From Coriobacteriia bacterium (lineage in GTDB: Bacteria > Actinomycetota > Coriobacteriia > Anaerosomatales > PALSA-660), in contig JANYJF010000001.1 of assembly GCA_025361885.1 (NCBI GenBank), positions 5,208-69,207 of the forward strand: a stretch of DNA of 64,000 bases, read 5' to 3'. The notes below the pieces were generated by a model. It made no database searches and was not told where the DNA came from. It saw only the letters and a program-made list of their open reading frames with translations. Numbering within the stretch: the stretch's first letter is position 1; each line of letters starts with the position of its first letter. Shown piece after piece: positions 55,209 through 63,642 of the stretch. The position numbers and the translations under genes were made by a program.

Positions 55209-55403
55209 ATGGACATCAAGCGAATGTGCCGGCACTGCGGCGCGGTCGACGCCGTGAAGCTCGGCCAGTGCTCTGTGTGCGAGATGGCCGTGTGTGACAG
55301 ATGCGGCAACGTCCAGTACTCCCACGGCGAGCGCCGCATCACGCACAATCGCTGCCTCGTCGATGACGACGCGGGCTTCAAGATGATCAAGTTCGTGAGG
55401 TAG
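55209..55403 (+). CDS. Small Cys/His-rich protein (64 aa), putative two-zinc finger; function unknown
   Basis: MDIKRMCRHCGAVDAVKLGQCSVCEMAVCDRCGNVQYSHGERRITHNRC... Three CxxC pairs plus H39, H46 and C49. GC3-rich codons. A GTG at 55197 is an alternative start. Confidence 0.6.
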   Translation: MDIKRMCRHCGAVDAVKLGQCSVCEMAVCDRCGNVQYSHGERRITHNRCLVDDDAGFKMIKFVR

Positions 55404-55469
55404 GGCGGGTTCCGGTCCGGGGAACCGACCGCTCCGCTCGGTCGCCGGGTGCGGTACAATGAACGTCTT

Positions 55470-57776
55470 ATGACTATAGATGTGAGCGACCTCAACCCTG
55501 CCCAACGCGACGCGGTCAAGACCGTCGATGGGCCCCTACTCGTGCTCGCTGGCGCTGGAAGCGGCAAGACCCGCGTCCTGACCTACCGGATAGCGCATCT
55601 TCTCGCGGACTGCAGCATCGCCCCGAACCAGATCCTGGCGATCACCTTCACCAACAAGGCCGCGAAGGAGATGCGCGACCGCCTCAACGGACTGGTCGGT
55701 CCCGCGGCGCGCACCATGTGGGTCATGACGTTCCACGCGATGTGCGTGAGGATGCTGCGCCGCGATGCCGGGCTCCTGGGCTTCTCGCCTTCGTTCACCA
55801 TCTATGATGAGGACGATCGCAAGCGCATGACCGCCTCGGCACTCGCCGCACTCGACATCGACTCCAAGCGGTTCCCGCCTTCGCTCATGATCAGCCGGAT
55901 CTCCTCGGCCAAGAACGAGCTCATCGGCCCACAGGAGTACGCCAAGACCGCGAATCTGCCGCCCGAGAAGTTGGCGGCCAAGGTCTACGTCGAATACGAG
56001 CGGCGCATGCTGGCCGCCAACGCGATGGACTTCGACGACCTGCTCGTCAACGCGGCGCGTCTCCTCGAGCTGCATCCTGAGGTCTTGGGGCACTACCAGG
56101 ACCGATTCAGTCACATCCTCGTCGACGAGTATCAGGATACGAACCGCGCGCAGTATGCCATCGTGAACATGCTCGCCGCCAAACGGCGCAACCTGATGGT
56201 CGTCGGCGACGACGACCAGAGCGTGTATTCGTGGCGCGGCGCCGACATCCGCAACATCATGGACTTCGAGCAGGACTATCCGGACGCGACGGTCGTCAAA
56301 CTCGAGCAGAACTACCGATCCACGGCGACCATCCTGGCCGCGGCCAACTACGTCGTGGCCAACAACGCCGACCGCAAGCCCAAGACGCTGTGGACGGCCA
56401 ACGCCGAGGGCGAGGCGATCACCCGCTACCTCGCCACCGACGAGAAGGATGAAGCGCGCTTCGTCGTCGACGAGATCGAGCGCGTCATGCGCGAGGACAG
56501 GCGCTCGTTCGCCGACTTCGCCGTCTTCTATCGCACGAACGCGCAGAGCCGGGTGCTCGAGGACCAGTTCCTGCGCGCCGGCGTGCCGTACCAGATCGTC
56601 GGAGGCACGCGGTTCTTCGAGCGCCAGGAGATCCGAGACGTCATGGCGTACCTCAAGACGCTGGCCAACCCGCTGGACCCGGTGTCGCTCAAGCGGATCA
56701 TCAACACCCCGCGCCGCGGGATCGGCGAAGCCACCATCGCCGTCCTGGAGTCCCATGCACTCCACGACGGGATCCTGCTGACCGAAGCCGTGGCCCAGGC
56801 GGGAACGTCCGACTGGCTGACGTCCGGTCCGCGCGCCAAGGTCGCGGCCTTCGCGGCGCTGCTCGAGCGCGCGCGGGCCGTAGAGGGCGACACGCTGCGC
56901 GAGAAGGTCGAGGCGATCGTCGAGATCGCCGGTCTGATCACGGCGCTGCGTAATGAGGGCACGGTCGAGGCCGAGGGCCGCATAGAGAACATCCAGGAGT
57001 TCCTCGGCGTGATCGAGGAGTTCGACCGCGAGCACCCAGACGCCGGCATGGACGACCTCATGGAGTGGGTGTCGCTGCGAAGCGACCTCGACACGCTCGT
57101 CGAGGGCGACCGGGCCGTGACCCTGATGACGATGCATACGGCCAAGGGTCTCGAGTTCCCCGTGGTATTCATCGTCGGCATGGAGGACGGTATCTTCCCG
57201 CACGCCAACTCGATGCTCGAGCCGAAGGGCCTGCAGGAGGAGCGCCGGCTCGCGTACGTCGGCATCACCCGAGCCCGCGAGCGGCTGTACCTGACGCACG
57301 CCTACACGCGCCAGCTCTACGGCGCGAGCCAGTACAACCCGCCAAGCATGTTCATCGCCGAGATCCCTGAAGAGAGCATGCGGGTCGAGGGGATCGGGTC
57401 GCTCGCGGCGGACCGCATGACAGGGGCCCGCGGCGATCGCTACAGCGGCGGCGGCTGGCGGCAGCCGAATCGCCGGAGCAGCGGTCGCAGCACCGGTCAG
57501 GGCGCGCCGGCGGCGGGCGCCGCCGGGCGGCGCTCCGCGACCTTCGGCGGCAGCGGCGACACCGGCGGACGGGTCTTTGGCGCGGGCACCGCTCGCACGG
57601 GCTCGTCTTCGCCCGAGAAGCTGGAACTCGCCCGGGGCGACCGCGTGGAGCACAAGACGTTCGGGAACGGCAAAGTCACCGCCGTGGCGGGCGACAAGGT
57701 CACGATCTCCTTCGAGGGCGGGGAAGCCAAGACGCTGCTTTTGGGGTATGCCCCCCTGCGCAAGCTCGACACCTAG
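55470..57776 (+). CDS. pcrA: ATP-dependent DNA helicase PcrA/UvrD
   Basis: LNPAQRDAV...AGAGSGKT, DEYQDTN, C-terminal Gly/Arg-rich linker and a small beta domain (GDRVEHKTFGNGKV). ATG at 55470 preferred over the GTG at 55449. Confidence 0.94.
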   Translation: MTIDVSDLNPAQRDAVKTVDGPLLVLAGAGSGKTRVLTYRIAHLLADCSIAPNQILAITFTNKAAKEMRDRLNGLVGPAARTMWVMTFHAMCVRMLRRDAGLLGFSPSFTIYDEDDRKRMTASALAALDIDSKRFPPSLMISRISSAKNELIGPQEYAKTANLPPEKLAAKVYVEYERRMLAANAMDFDDLLVNAARLLELHPEVLGHYQDRFSHILVDEYQDTNRAQYAIVNMLAAKRRNLMVVGDDDQSVYSWRGADIRNIMDFEQDYPDATVVKLEQNYRSTATILAAANYVVANNADRKPKTLWTANAEGEAITRYLATDEKDEARFVVDEIERVMREDRRSFADFAVFYRTNAQSRVLEDQFLRAGVPYQIVGGTRFFERQEIRDVMAYLKTLANPLDPVSLKRIINTPRRGIGEATIAVLESHALHDGILLTEAVAQAGTSDWLTSGPRAKVAAFAALLERARAVEGDTLREKVEAIVEIAGLITALRNEGTVEAEGRIENIQEFLGVIEEFDREHPDAGMDDLMEWVSLRSDLDTLVEGDRAVTLMTMHTAKGLEFPVVFIVGMEDGIFPHANSMLEPKGLQEERRLAYVGITRARERLYLTHAYTRQLYGASQYNPPSMFIAEIPEESMRVEGIGSLAADRMTGARGDRYSGGGWRQPNRRSSGRSTGQGAPAAGAAGRRSATFGGSGDTGGRVFGAGTARTGSSSPEKLELARGDRVEHKTFGNGKVTAVAGDKVTISFEGGEAKTLLLGYAPLRKLDT

Positions 57777-57791
57777 TTCGCGGGAGGCGCG

Positions 57792-59417
57792 ATGGGACCG
57801 GTCCTGGTCTTCGGTCACAAGAACCCCGACAACGACTCCGTCTGCTCGGCGATCGGCTACGCTCACCTCAAGAACCTCACCGACCCGGCGAACGTGTACG
57901 TCGCCGCACGCCTGGGACCGCTGATGCCCGAGACCGCGTGGACGCTCGAGCGGTTCGGCGTCGCGGTGCCGGAGCAGATAGAGCACGTCCGGACCCGGGT
58001 CCGCGACGTCATGACCACCGATGTGGTCTCCGTCGGACCGCACGACACTCTGTACTCCGTCGGCCGGCTCATGAGCGAGCGCGGGGTCCGCGCGCTCCCC
58101 GTGGTCTCCGACGGACGGGTTCGCGGCCTGATCGGACTGCAGACGCTGGCGGCACGCTACGTCGAGGATCAGGCGGTCTCGGGCTTCCAGCAGCGTCCAG
58201 TCACGGTCGGCCAGGTGGTCGACACGCTGGGCGGACGGCTGCTGACCGGACACCGAACCGACGAGCTCGCGGGCAGCGTGGTCATCGGTGCCATGGAGCC
58301 CGACACGCTGCTCTCGTTCATCTCCAAAGGTGACATCCTGATCGTCGGGGACCGCCGCCGCACGCAGCCCATGGCGATAGCGGCCGGCATCGCCGCGATG
58401 GTGGTGACCGGAGGCTTCGAGCCGGGCGAGGACGTGATTGCGGCCGCGAGGGCCCGCGGTTGCGCGGTGATCGTCACGGACCGCGACACGTACGGCGCAG
58501 CCCGATTGATGAACCTCTCCCATGCGGTCAGCGAGTTCATGGACCCCGACCCGCTCACCGTCGAGCCCGACATGCTCCTGTCCGAGGCGGCGGAGGAGTT
58601 GTTCACATCTCCGCAGCGCGAGGCGCTCGTCGCGGATCCGGACGGCACACTCGTAGGCATCCTGACCCGTACCAACGTCGCGAGGGCGCCGCGGCGCCCC
58701 GTCATCCTGGTCGATCACAACGAGTCGGCGCAGTCCGCCGACGGGGTCGAGGAAGCATCGGTGGTCGAGATCGTCGACCACCACCGCATCGGCGACATCG
58801 AGACATCGCAGCCCATCACGTTCCTGAACCTGCCGGTCGGCGCCACTGCCACGATCGTGGCGCAGCGGTTCCGCGACCTCGATGTGGATCCGCCCGCGTC
58901 CATCGCGGGAGTGCTGCTCTCGGCGGTGCTCACCGACACCGTGCTGCTCAAGTCGCCGACGTGCACCGAGCTGGACCGCGACATCGCGGAATGGCTCGCG
59001 GGAGAAGCGGGTGTCGACGTCGGGGAATTCGGTGTGGAGATGTTCCGCGCCCGCACGGTCGGCCAGGTCTTCTCCGCCGAGCGCACGGTCGGTGCCGACC
59101 TCAAGGAGTACCGCGTCGCGGACTCGCTCGTCGGGATCGGTCAGGTCGAGACCGTCGACCTCGATTCCATACTGTCGCATCGCGAAGAGCTGCTCGCGCA
59201 CATGGGGGAGCTTGCCCGCCTGCGCGGCTACGGGCTGCTGGCGCTCATGGTGACCGATGTGGTGCGCGAAGGCAGCCAGCTGCTGGTAGTCGGCAAGGTC
59301 AGGCTCGCCCAGCGCGCGTTCGATGTCGAGTTCGATGACGGCTCGGCGTGGTTCGACGGGATGCTGTCGCGCAAGAAGCAGGTCGCGGCACGCCTCATCG
59401 AGTCGGCGGGGAGATAG
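57792..59417 (+). CDS. Family II (DHH) inorganic pyrophosphatase with CBS-DRTGG-CBS regulatory insert
   Basis: VFGHKNPDNDSVCS, DHNE, DHHRIGD and a DHHA2 C-terminal region. Two CBS repeats flank ILIVGDRRR...VVTGG. 541 aa. Confidence 0.88.
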   Translation: MGPVLVFGHKNPDNDSVCSAIGYAHLKNLTDPANVYVAARLGPLMPETAWTLERFGVAVPEQIEHVRTRVRDVMTTDVVSVGPHDTLYSVGRLMSERGVRALPVVSDGRVRGLIGLQTLAARYVEDQAVSGFQQRPVTVGQVVDTLGGRLLTGHRTDELAGSVVIGAMEPDTLLSFISKGDILIVGDRRRTQPMAIAAGIAAMVVTGGFEPGEDVIAAARARGCAVIVTDRDTYGAARLMNLSHAVSEFMDPDPLTVEPDMLLSEAAEELFTSPQREALVADPDGTLVGILTRTNVARAPRRPVILVDHNESAQSADGVEEASVVEIVDHHRIGDIETSQPITFLNLPVGATATIVAQRFRDLDVDPPASIAGVLLSAVLTDTVLLKSPTCTELDRDIAEWLAGEAGVDVGEFGVEMFRARTVGQVFSAERTVGADLKEYRVADSLVGIGQVETVDLDSILSHREELLAHMGELARLRGYGLLALMVTDVVREGSQLLVVGKVRLAQRAFDVEFDDGSAWFDGMLSRKKQVAARLIESAGR

Positions 59418-59424
59418 GGCGCTC

Positions 59425-60885
59425 GTGAAGGTGACCGCGCCCGCCGCGGCCGTCGGCCGATGGGTCCGCGCGCGGTTCTCCGCCCGGCGGTGGAGCGGCC
59501 TGTATCTCACCGTGACGCTCACGGTCTTCGCGTTGTACTTCCGTTCGTTCCTCGTGATCACCAACGGGCTGGCCGAGGCGTCGCCGCTCGTGGCGCGCGA
59601 CCCCGGGATGGCACTGCTCGTGGCCGCCACGCGAACCCCCTCGGGCATCCGCTTCAACTGGATCGCGACCCTGTTCGGCGAGCCCGCCGTCCAGACGGTC
59701 CTGGCACTGATCGTGGTGGCTTTGTTGCTCGTCTGGGGAAAGCGCGCCTATGCGGCGCTTGTTGCCGCGACGATGAGCTCCGGCCTGCTGCTCCAGACAC
59801 TCGTGAAGATCGCCGTCGCGCGCCCGCGCCCGCCGCTGTCGCTCGCGGTCATCGCGCTGCCGAACTCCTACAGCTTTCCATCGGGACACGCGATGAGCTC
59901 CGCTCTGCTGCTCGGGATCCTCGCCTTCATCGCCCTTCGCGAGGAGCGTCGATGGTGGGTGCGCTTGCTCACCGCTGGAGGCGCGGGCACAGGCGCGCTG
60001 CTGGTCGGCGTGTCGCGGGTCTACCTGGGAGTCCACTGGGTCTCGGACGTGATGGCCGGGTGGGCGCTGGCGGGGGCTTGGCTTGCGCTGTGCATAGGCG
60101 GCTTCCTGATGCTGCGACGGTACGGCCGCACATGGCCCGACACGCGACCGGTGTTGCCCGAGCACACGGCCGAGGTGCTGTCGGTGGGAGTGGCGCTCCT
60201 CGTGTCGGGCGTGGTGGTCTGGTCTGCCCTGAACGATCCGGTCCTCGAACGGGCGCTGGTGGTGCCGCCCGCGGTCGAGCTGCATGCTTCGCGGGTAGTC
60301 GCGCAACCGGACGTCGCGAGGCTTCCCGTGTTCTCGGAGAAGCCCGATGGAACCACGATGGAGCCGATCGGCACCGTCTTCGTGGGGACACGCGCGCAGC
60401 TCAAGGACGCGTTCCGACGCGCGGGCTGGTCGGTGGCGGACCCCGCCACGTTCGTGACAGTCGTACGCGCGTTCACAGACGGCGCACTCGACCGTCCGTA
60501 CAACACCGCCCCGGTCACTCCGACGCTTCTGGGTGGACACACACAGGACGTGGCCTTCGAGCGTCCTCAAGGACGGCCGACGGTCAGGGTGCGCCACCAC
60601 ACGCGGTGGTGGATGACCTCGTTCACGGCCGGCGGCGAGCCGATATGGGTCGCCACGATGTCGTTCGACGAAGGCATCACACTGGGCAGCGACATCGTGC
60701 TCCCGAGCCACCGGATCGCGCCCGATATCGACGCCGAGCGCAACCTCGTGATCGGGGAGTTGATCGCGACGGGGCGGGTCTCGCGCGAGCCCACGGTGGC
60801 AGTCTCGACTCCGGTCCGCGGTACGAACGCCCAAGGCGACGCGTGGTTCAGCGGGGGAGAGGCGTCGGTCCTGCTGGCGCGGTAG
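59425..60885 (+). CDS. Membrane PAP2-family phosphatase fused to a C-terminal LssY-like domain
   Basis: PAP2 motifs KIAVARPRP, PSGH, SRVYLGVHWVSD within multiple TM helices. A roughly 200-aa C-terminal soluble domain (RHHTRWW...). The LssY_C assignment is from memory of the family, not a search. Confidence 0.75.
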   Translation: MKVTAPAAAVGRWVRARFSARRWSGLYLTVTLTVFALYFRSFLVITNGLAEASPLVARDPGMALLVAATRTPSGIRFNWIATLFGEPAVQTVLALIVVALLLVWGKRAYAALVAATMSSGLLLQTLVKIAVARPRPPLSLAVIALPNSYSFPSGHAMSSALLLGILAFIALREERRWWVRLLTAGGAGTGALLVGVSRVYLGVHWVSDVMAGWALAGAWLALCIGGFLMLRRYGRTWPDTRPVLPEHTAEVLSVGVALLVSGVVVWSALNDPVLERALVVPPAVELHASRVVAQPDVARLPVFSEKPDGTTMEPIGTVFVGTRAQLKDAFRRAGWSVADPATFVTVVRAFTDGALDRPYNTAPVTPTLLGGHTQDVAFERPQGRPTVRVRHHTRWWMTSFTAGGEPIWVATMSFDEGITLGSDIVLPSHRIAPDIDAERNLVIGELIATGRVSREPTVAVSTPVRGTNAQGDAWFSGGEASVLLAR

Positions 60886-60945
60886 GGCGCCGTTCGTCGT
60901 CCGCCACCCTGTGCAGCGCCGCCCGGGGCTGTCGAAGCATCTCGA

Positions 60946-62709
60946 CTACCCGGCTCGCGGAAGCCTGACCGTCACGGTCGTGCCTTGCCCGACCGTGGAG
61001 GCGATCGACAGCGTGCCGCCGGCTCGCTCGACCACATGGCGCACGAGCGACAGCCCCAGCCCAGTCCCCCCGCTCGCCCGGGTCCGCGCGGGATCCACCC
61101 GGTAGAACCGCTCGAAGACGCGCGGCAGGTGCTCCGGCGCGATGCCCACTCCCGTGTCGGTCACGTCGATCGTCGCGCCCCCCGCATCCGTGCTCAATCG
61201 AACCGTCACGCTGCCCGACTCGGTGTACGTGATGGCGTTCTCCAGCAGGTTGTCCAGGGCGATGGCCACGTCGGTCGGGTCGGCCTCGGCGTACACGTCC
61301 ATGCTGGCGACCTCGCTGAGGTCCGCCGCCAGGGCGAGCTTTCGGGAGGCCGCAGCCCGCCGGTGACCGGTCAGCGCGAGGTCGATGGCTGCTCGCAGGT
61401 TCGTGACCGTGCCGGGAGCGGGCGCCGACTCCAGTCGCTCCAGGTCGAGGAGATCGAGCACGAGGCGCCGCAAGCGGTCGGCCTCGTCCTTCATCTGACC
61501 GACGAACGCCATGGCCTGGTCCGTGTCGCCGTCACCCGCGGCGGTCATGGCGGATTCCGCGAGCAGCTGGATGGACGACGCCGGCGTCTTGAGCTCGTGG
61601 GAAGCGTTCGCCACGAAGTCGCGGCGCACACTGTCGAGGCGGCTTCGCTCGGTGATGTCCTCGACGACGACCAGCGTGCGCGAGCCGCGCTCCGTCGGGT
61701 TGAGAGGGACCGCCGTGATGCGGAAGTATCGGCGCTCGGGGTCGGGTCCGATCTCGGTGCTGCACGGCTCCGCGCACTGCAGGCGCTCGTCGACCGCGGC
61801 TGCCAGCGACGCCGGCATCGCGCTGTCGGTCACGCACGAGCCACGCCATCCGCCCGCCGGCGGCCGGAACATCGTGGAGGCAGACGAGTTGGCCAGCGTG
61901 ACCCGGTCGCCGTCGAAGAGGAAGACCGCCGCCTGCAGTCCGTCGAGCACGGTGCGCAGGATGGCCTGGTCGCCCTCGAGCTGGGCGATCTGTCCGCGGA
62001 TGCGGCCGCCCAGGCGCGTGAGAGCCTCCGAGAGCGCCCCAAGCTCCCCGTCTCCCCGAGGTACCGGCACGGCAAGGTCGCCGGCCGCCATGGCCTCCGC
62101 CGCGCCTTTCAGCGCCATGACCGGACCGACGGCGGTGGAGGAGAGGCGCGCGGTGAGGGCGAGGGCGCCCACGATCGCGAGGACGAGCAGGAGCAGACCG
62201 CTTTGCCGGGCGGTCGAGGCGAGCCCGTTGATGCGGTCCAGCGGCTCGGACACGCGAAGCGCCACGCGCTGTCCGCCGAGGCTCGCGGGAACCGCGACGT
62301 ACATCTGTGGGATGGACTGGGTCGCACTGTCCCGCTCCGCGTAGCCGACCCTGCCCGCGAGCGCAGCGATCACCTCGGGCCGATCGCTGTGGTTCGCCAT
62401 CTTGGCGGCGGGCTCCTGGCTGTCGGCGAGCACGTGCCCGTCGGCGGCCACGATGGTCACGCGGAGATTCGTACGGGCCACCAGCCGGTCGGCGATGTCC
62501 TGCGCGCGCGCCGGCGTCTCCGCGAGCACCAGCGCGCCGGCCTGCGCGATCGAGGTGAGGTGTGCTCGCTGCTGCCCCATGACGACAGCGGTGAGCGGGC
62601 CGTACAGGCTCCAGGCCCATGCGCCAGCGACAAGCGCCAGCACGAGCAGGTAGCCGCCGACGATCCTGACCCTGTATGACGACGCCCAGCGCCGCACGGC
62701 CGAAGTCAT
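60946..62709 (-). CDS. Sensor histidine kinase (TM-sensor-TM-HAMP-PAS-HisKA-HATPase), PhoR-like by context
   Basis: H-box FVANASHELKTP, N/G boxes LLENAITYT and DTGVGI, GGTGLGLS. 587 aa. ATGA overlap with the upstream response regulator. Confidence 0.9.
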   Translation of the reverse strand: MTSAVRRWASSYRVRIVGGYLLVLALVAGAWAWSLYGPLTAVVMGQQRAHLTSIAQAGALVLAETPARAQDIADRLVARTNLRVTIVAADGHVLADSQEPAAKMANHSDRPEVIAALAGRVGYAERDSATQSIPQMYVAVPASLGGQRVALRVSEPLDRINGLASTARQSGLLLLVLAIVGALALTARLSSTAVGPVMALKGAAEAMAAGDLAVPVPRGDGELGALSEALTRLGGRIRGQIAQLEGDQAILRTVLDGLQAAVFLFDGDRVTLANSSASTMFRPPAGGWRGSCVTDSAMPASLAAAVDERLQCAEPCSTEIGPDPERRYFRITAVPLNPTERGSRTLVVVEDITERSRLDSVRRDFVANASHELKTPASSIQLLAESAMTAAGDGDTDQAMAFVGQMKDEADRLRRLVLDLLDLERLESAPAPGTVTNLRAAIDLALTGHRRAAASRKLALAADLSEVASMDVYAEADPTDVAIALDNLLENAITYTESGSVTVRLSTDAGGATIDVTDTGVGIAPEHLPRVFERFYRVDPARTRASGGTGLGLSLVRHVVERAGGTLSIASTVGQGTTVTVRLPRAG

Positions 62710-63434
62710 GCTCGCTGCTCAGTCTCTTCCGGTGATGCGTCCGACTTGGCCAGCGGTTCGAAGCGGTAGCCCATGCCGTGCACGGTATGGATGTAGACGT
62801 ACCGCGACGGATCCTCGATCGCCTGCCGCACCCGACGGATGTGCACGTCGATCGTGCGCGATGACGGGAGGAAGTCGTAGCCCCAGACGTCCGAGGCGAT
62901 CTTCTGGCGAGTCATCAGCTCTCCGGGGTGCGATGCGAGCGCCAGCAGCAGCTGGAATTCCTTGAGCCGCAGGCGCACGGGCGTGCCGGCGACCGACACG
63001 CGGAACTGGCTCGGCTCCAGCGTCAGGTCGCCCGCCTCGATCGTACCGCCGTGATCGAGGACGGCGCGCTCGCGCATGCGGCGCAGGTTGGCCCGCACGC
63101 GTGCGAGCAGCTCCTCCATGGAGAACGGCTTGGTGATGTAGTCGTCCGCGCCGGCGTCGAGTCCCCGGACCGTGTCGCGGTCGGTGTCGAGCGCGGTCAC
63201 CATGATGATCGCGGTCTCCTTGTCGGTCTTGCGGACCGACTCGGCGAAGGTGTAGCCGTCGATGCCGGGGAGCATGAGGTCCAGGAGGATGAGGTCGGGC
63301 TGCATCGTGCGCGCGACCTCGAGAGCTTCGAGCCCGTCGCCGCTCGTGGCAGTGTGGAATCCAGCGCGACGCAGCGCGTAGTCGACGGTCTGCCTGATGA
63401 TCGGGTCGTCTTCGACGACGAGTATGCCTGCCAT
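62706..63434 (-). CDS. OmpR/PhoB-family response regulator
   Basis: MAGILVVEDDPIIR...DLILLDLMLPGIDG receiver domain and winged-helix C-terminus (RTIDVHIRRVRQ...VHGMGYRF). GAGGAAGG SD. 242 aa. Confidence 0.92.
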   Translation of the reverse strand: MAGILVVEDDPIIRQTVDYALRRAGFHTATSGDGLEALEVARTMQPDLILLDLMLPGIDGYTFAESVRKTDKETAIIMVTALDTDRDTVRGLDAGADDYITKPFSMEELLARVRANLRRMRERAVLDHGGTIEAGDLTLEPSQFRVSVAGTPVRLRLKEFQLLLALASHPGELMTRQKIASDVWGYDFLPSSRTIDVHIRRVRQAIEDPSRYVYIHTVHGMGYRFEPLAKSDASPEETEQRA

Positions 63435-63510
63435 GGCCTTCCTCGGATGGTTCAAGACGCGTTGTCGATGGGCACATCATGGCAGGGAAGCACGCGCGTG
63501 CAAAGAGCGT

Positions 63511-63548
63511 TTAACAAAGGTGATACAGGTAGGTGTTCACTATTTACA
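63511..63548 (+). promoter_or_regulatory. Candidate Pho-box: four TTNACA-like direct repeats at about 11-bp spacing in the divergent RR/pstS promoter region
   Basis: TTAACA (63511-63516), GATACA (63522-63527), GTTCAC (63535-63540), TTTACA (63543-63548). About 100 nt upstream of pstS. Confidence 0.35.
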
Positions 63549-63642
63549 TCCCTGCAACCACCGCGCGGCTCTCGCTTCGTACGATGCAACACGGCGGTCG
63601 GGATGCGGCCGCGTTGATTCGTCTACATGAGGAGACGGTGCA

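Noticed and set aside
55536-59657. 1373-aa ORF on the minus strand, the longest in the track
   Set aside because: It lies exactly antisense to pcrA, the CBS-PPase and the start of the PAP2 gene, all of which have unmistakable conserved motifs on the + strand. Its translation is Arg/Asp/His/Gly-rich low-complexity sequence. This is the classic stop-poor shadow frame of GC3-rich genes.
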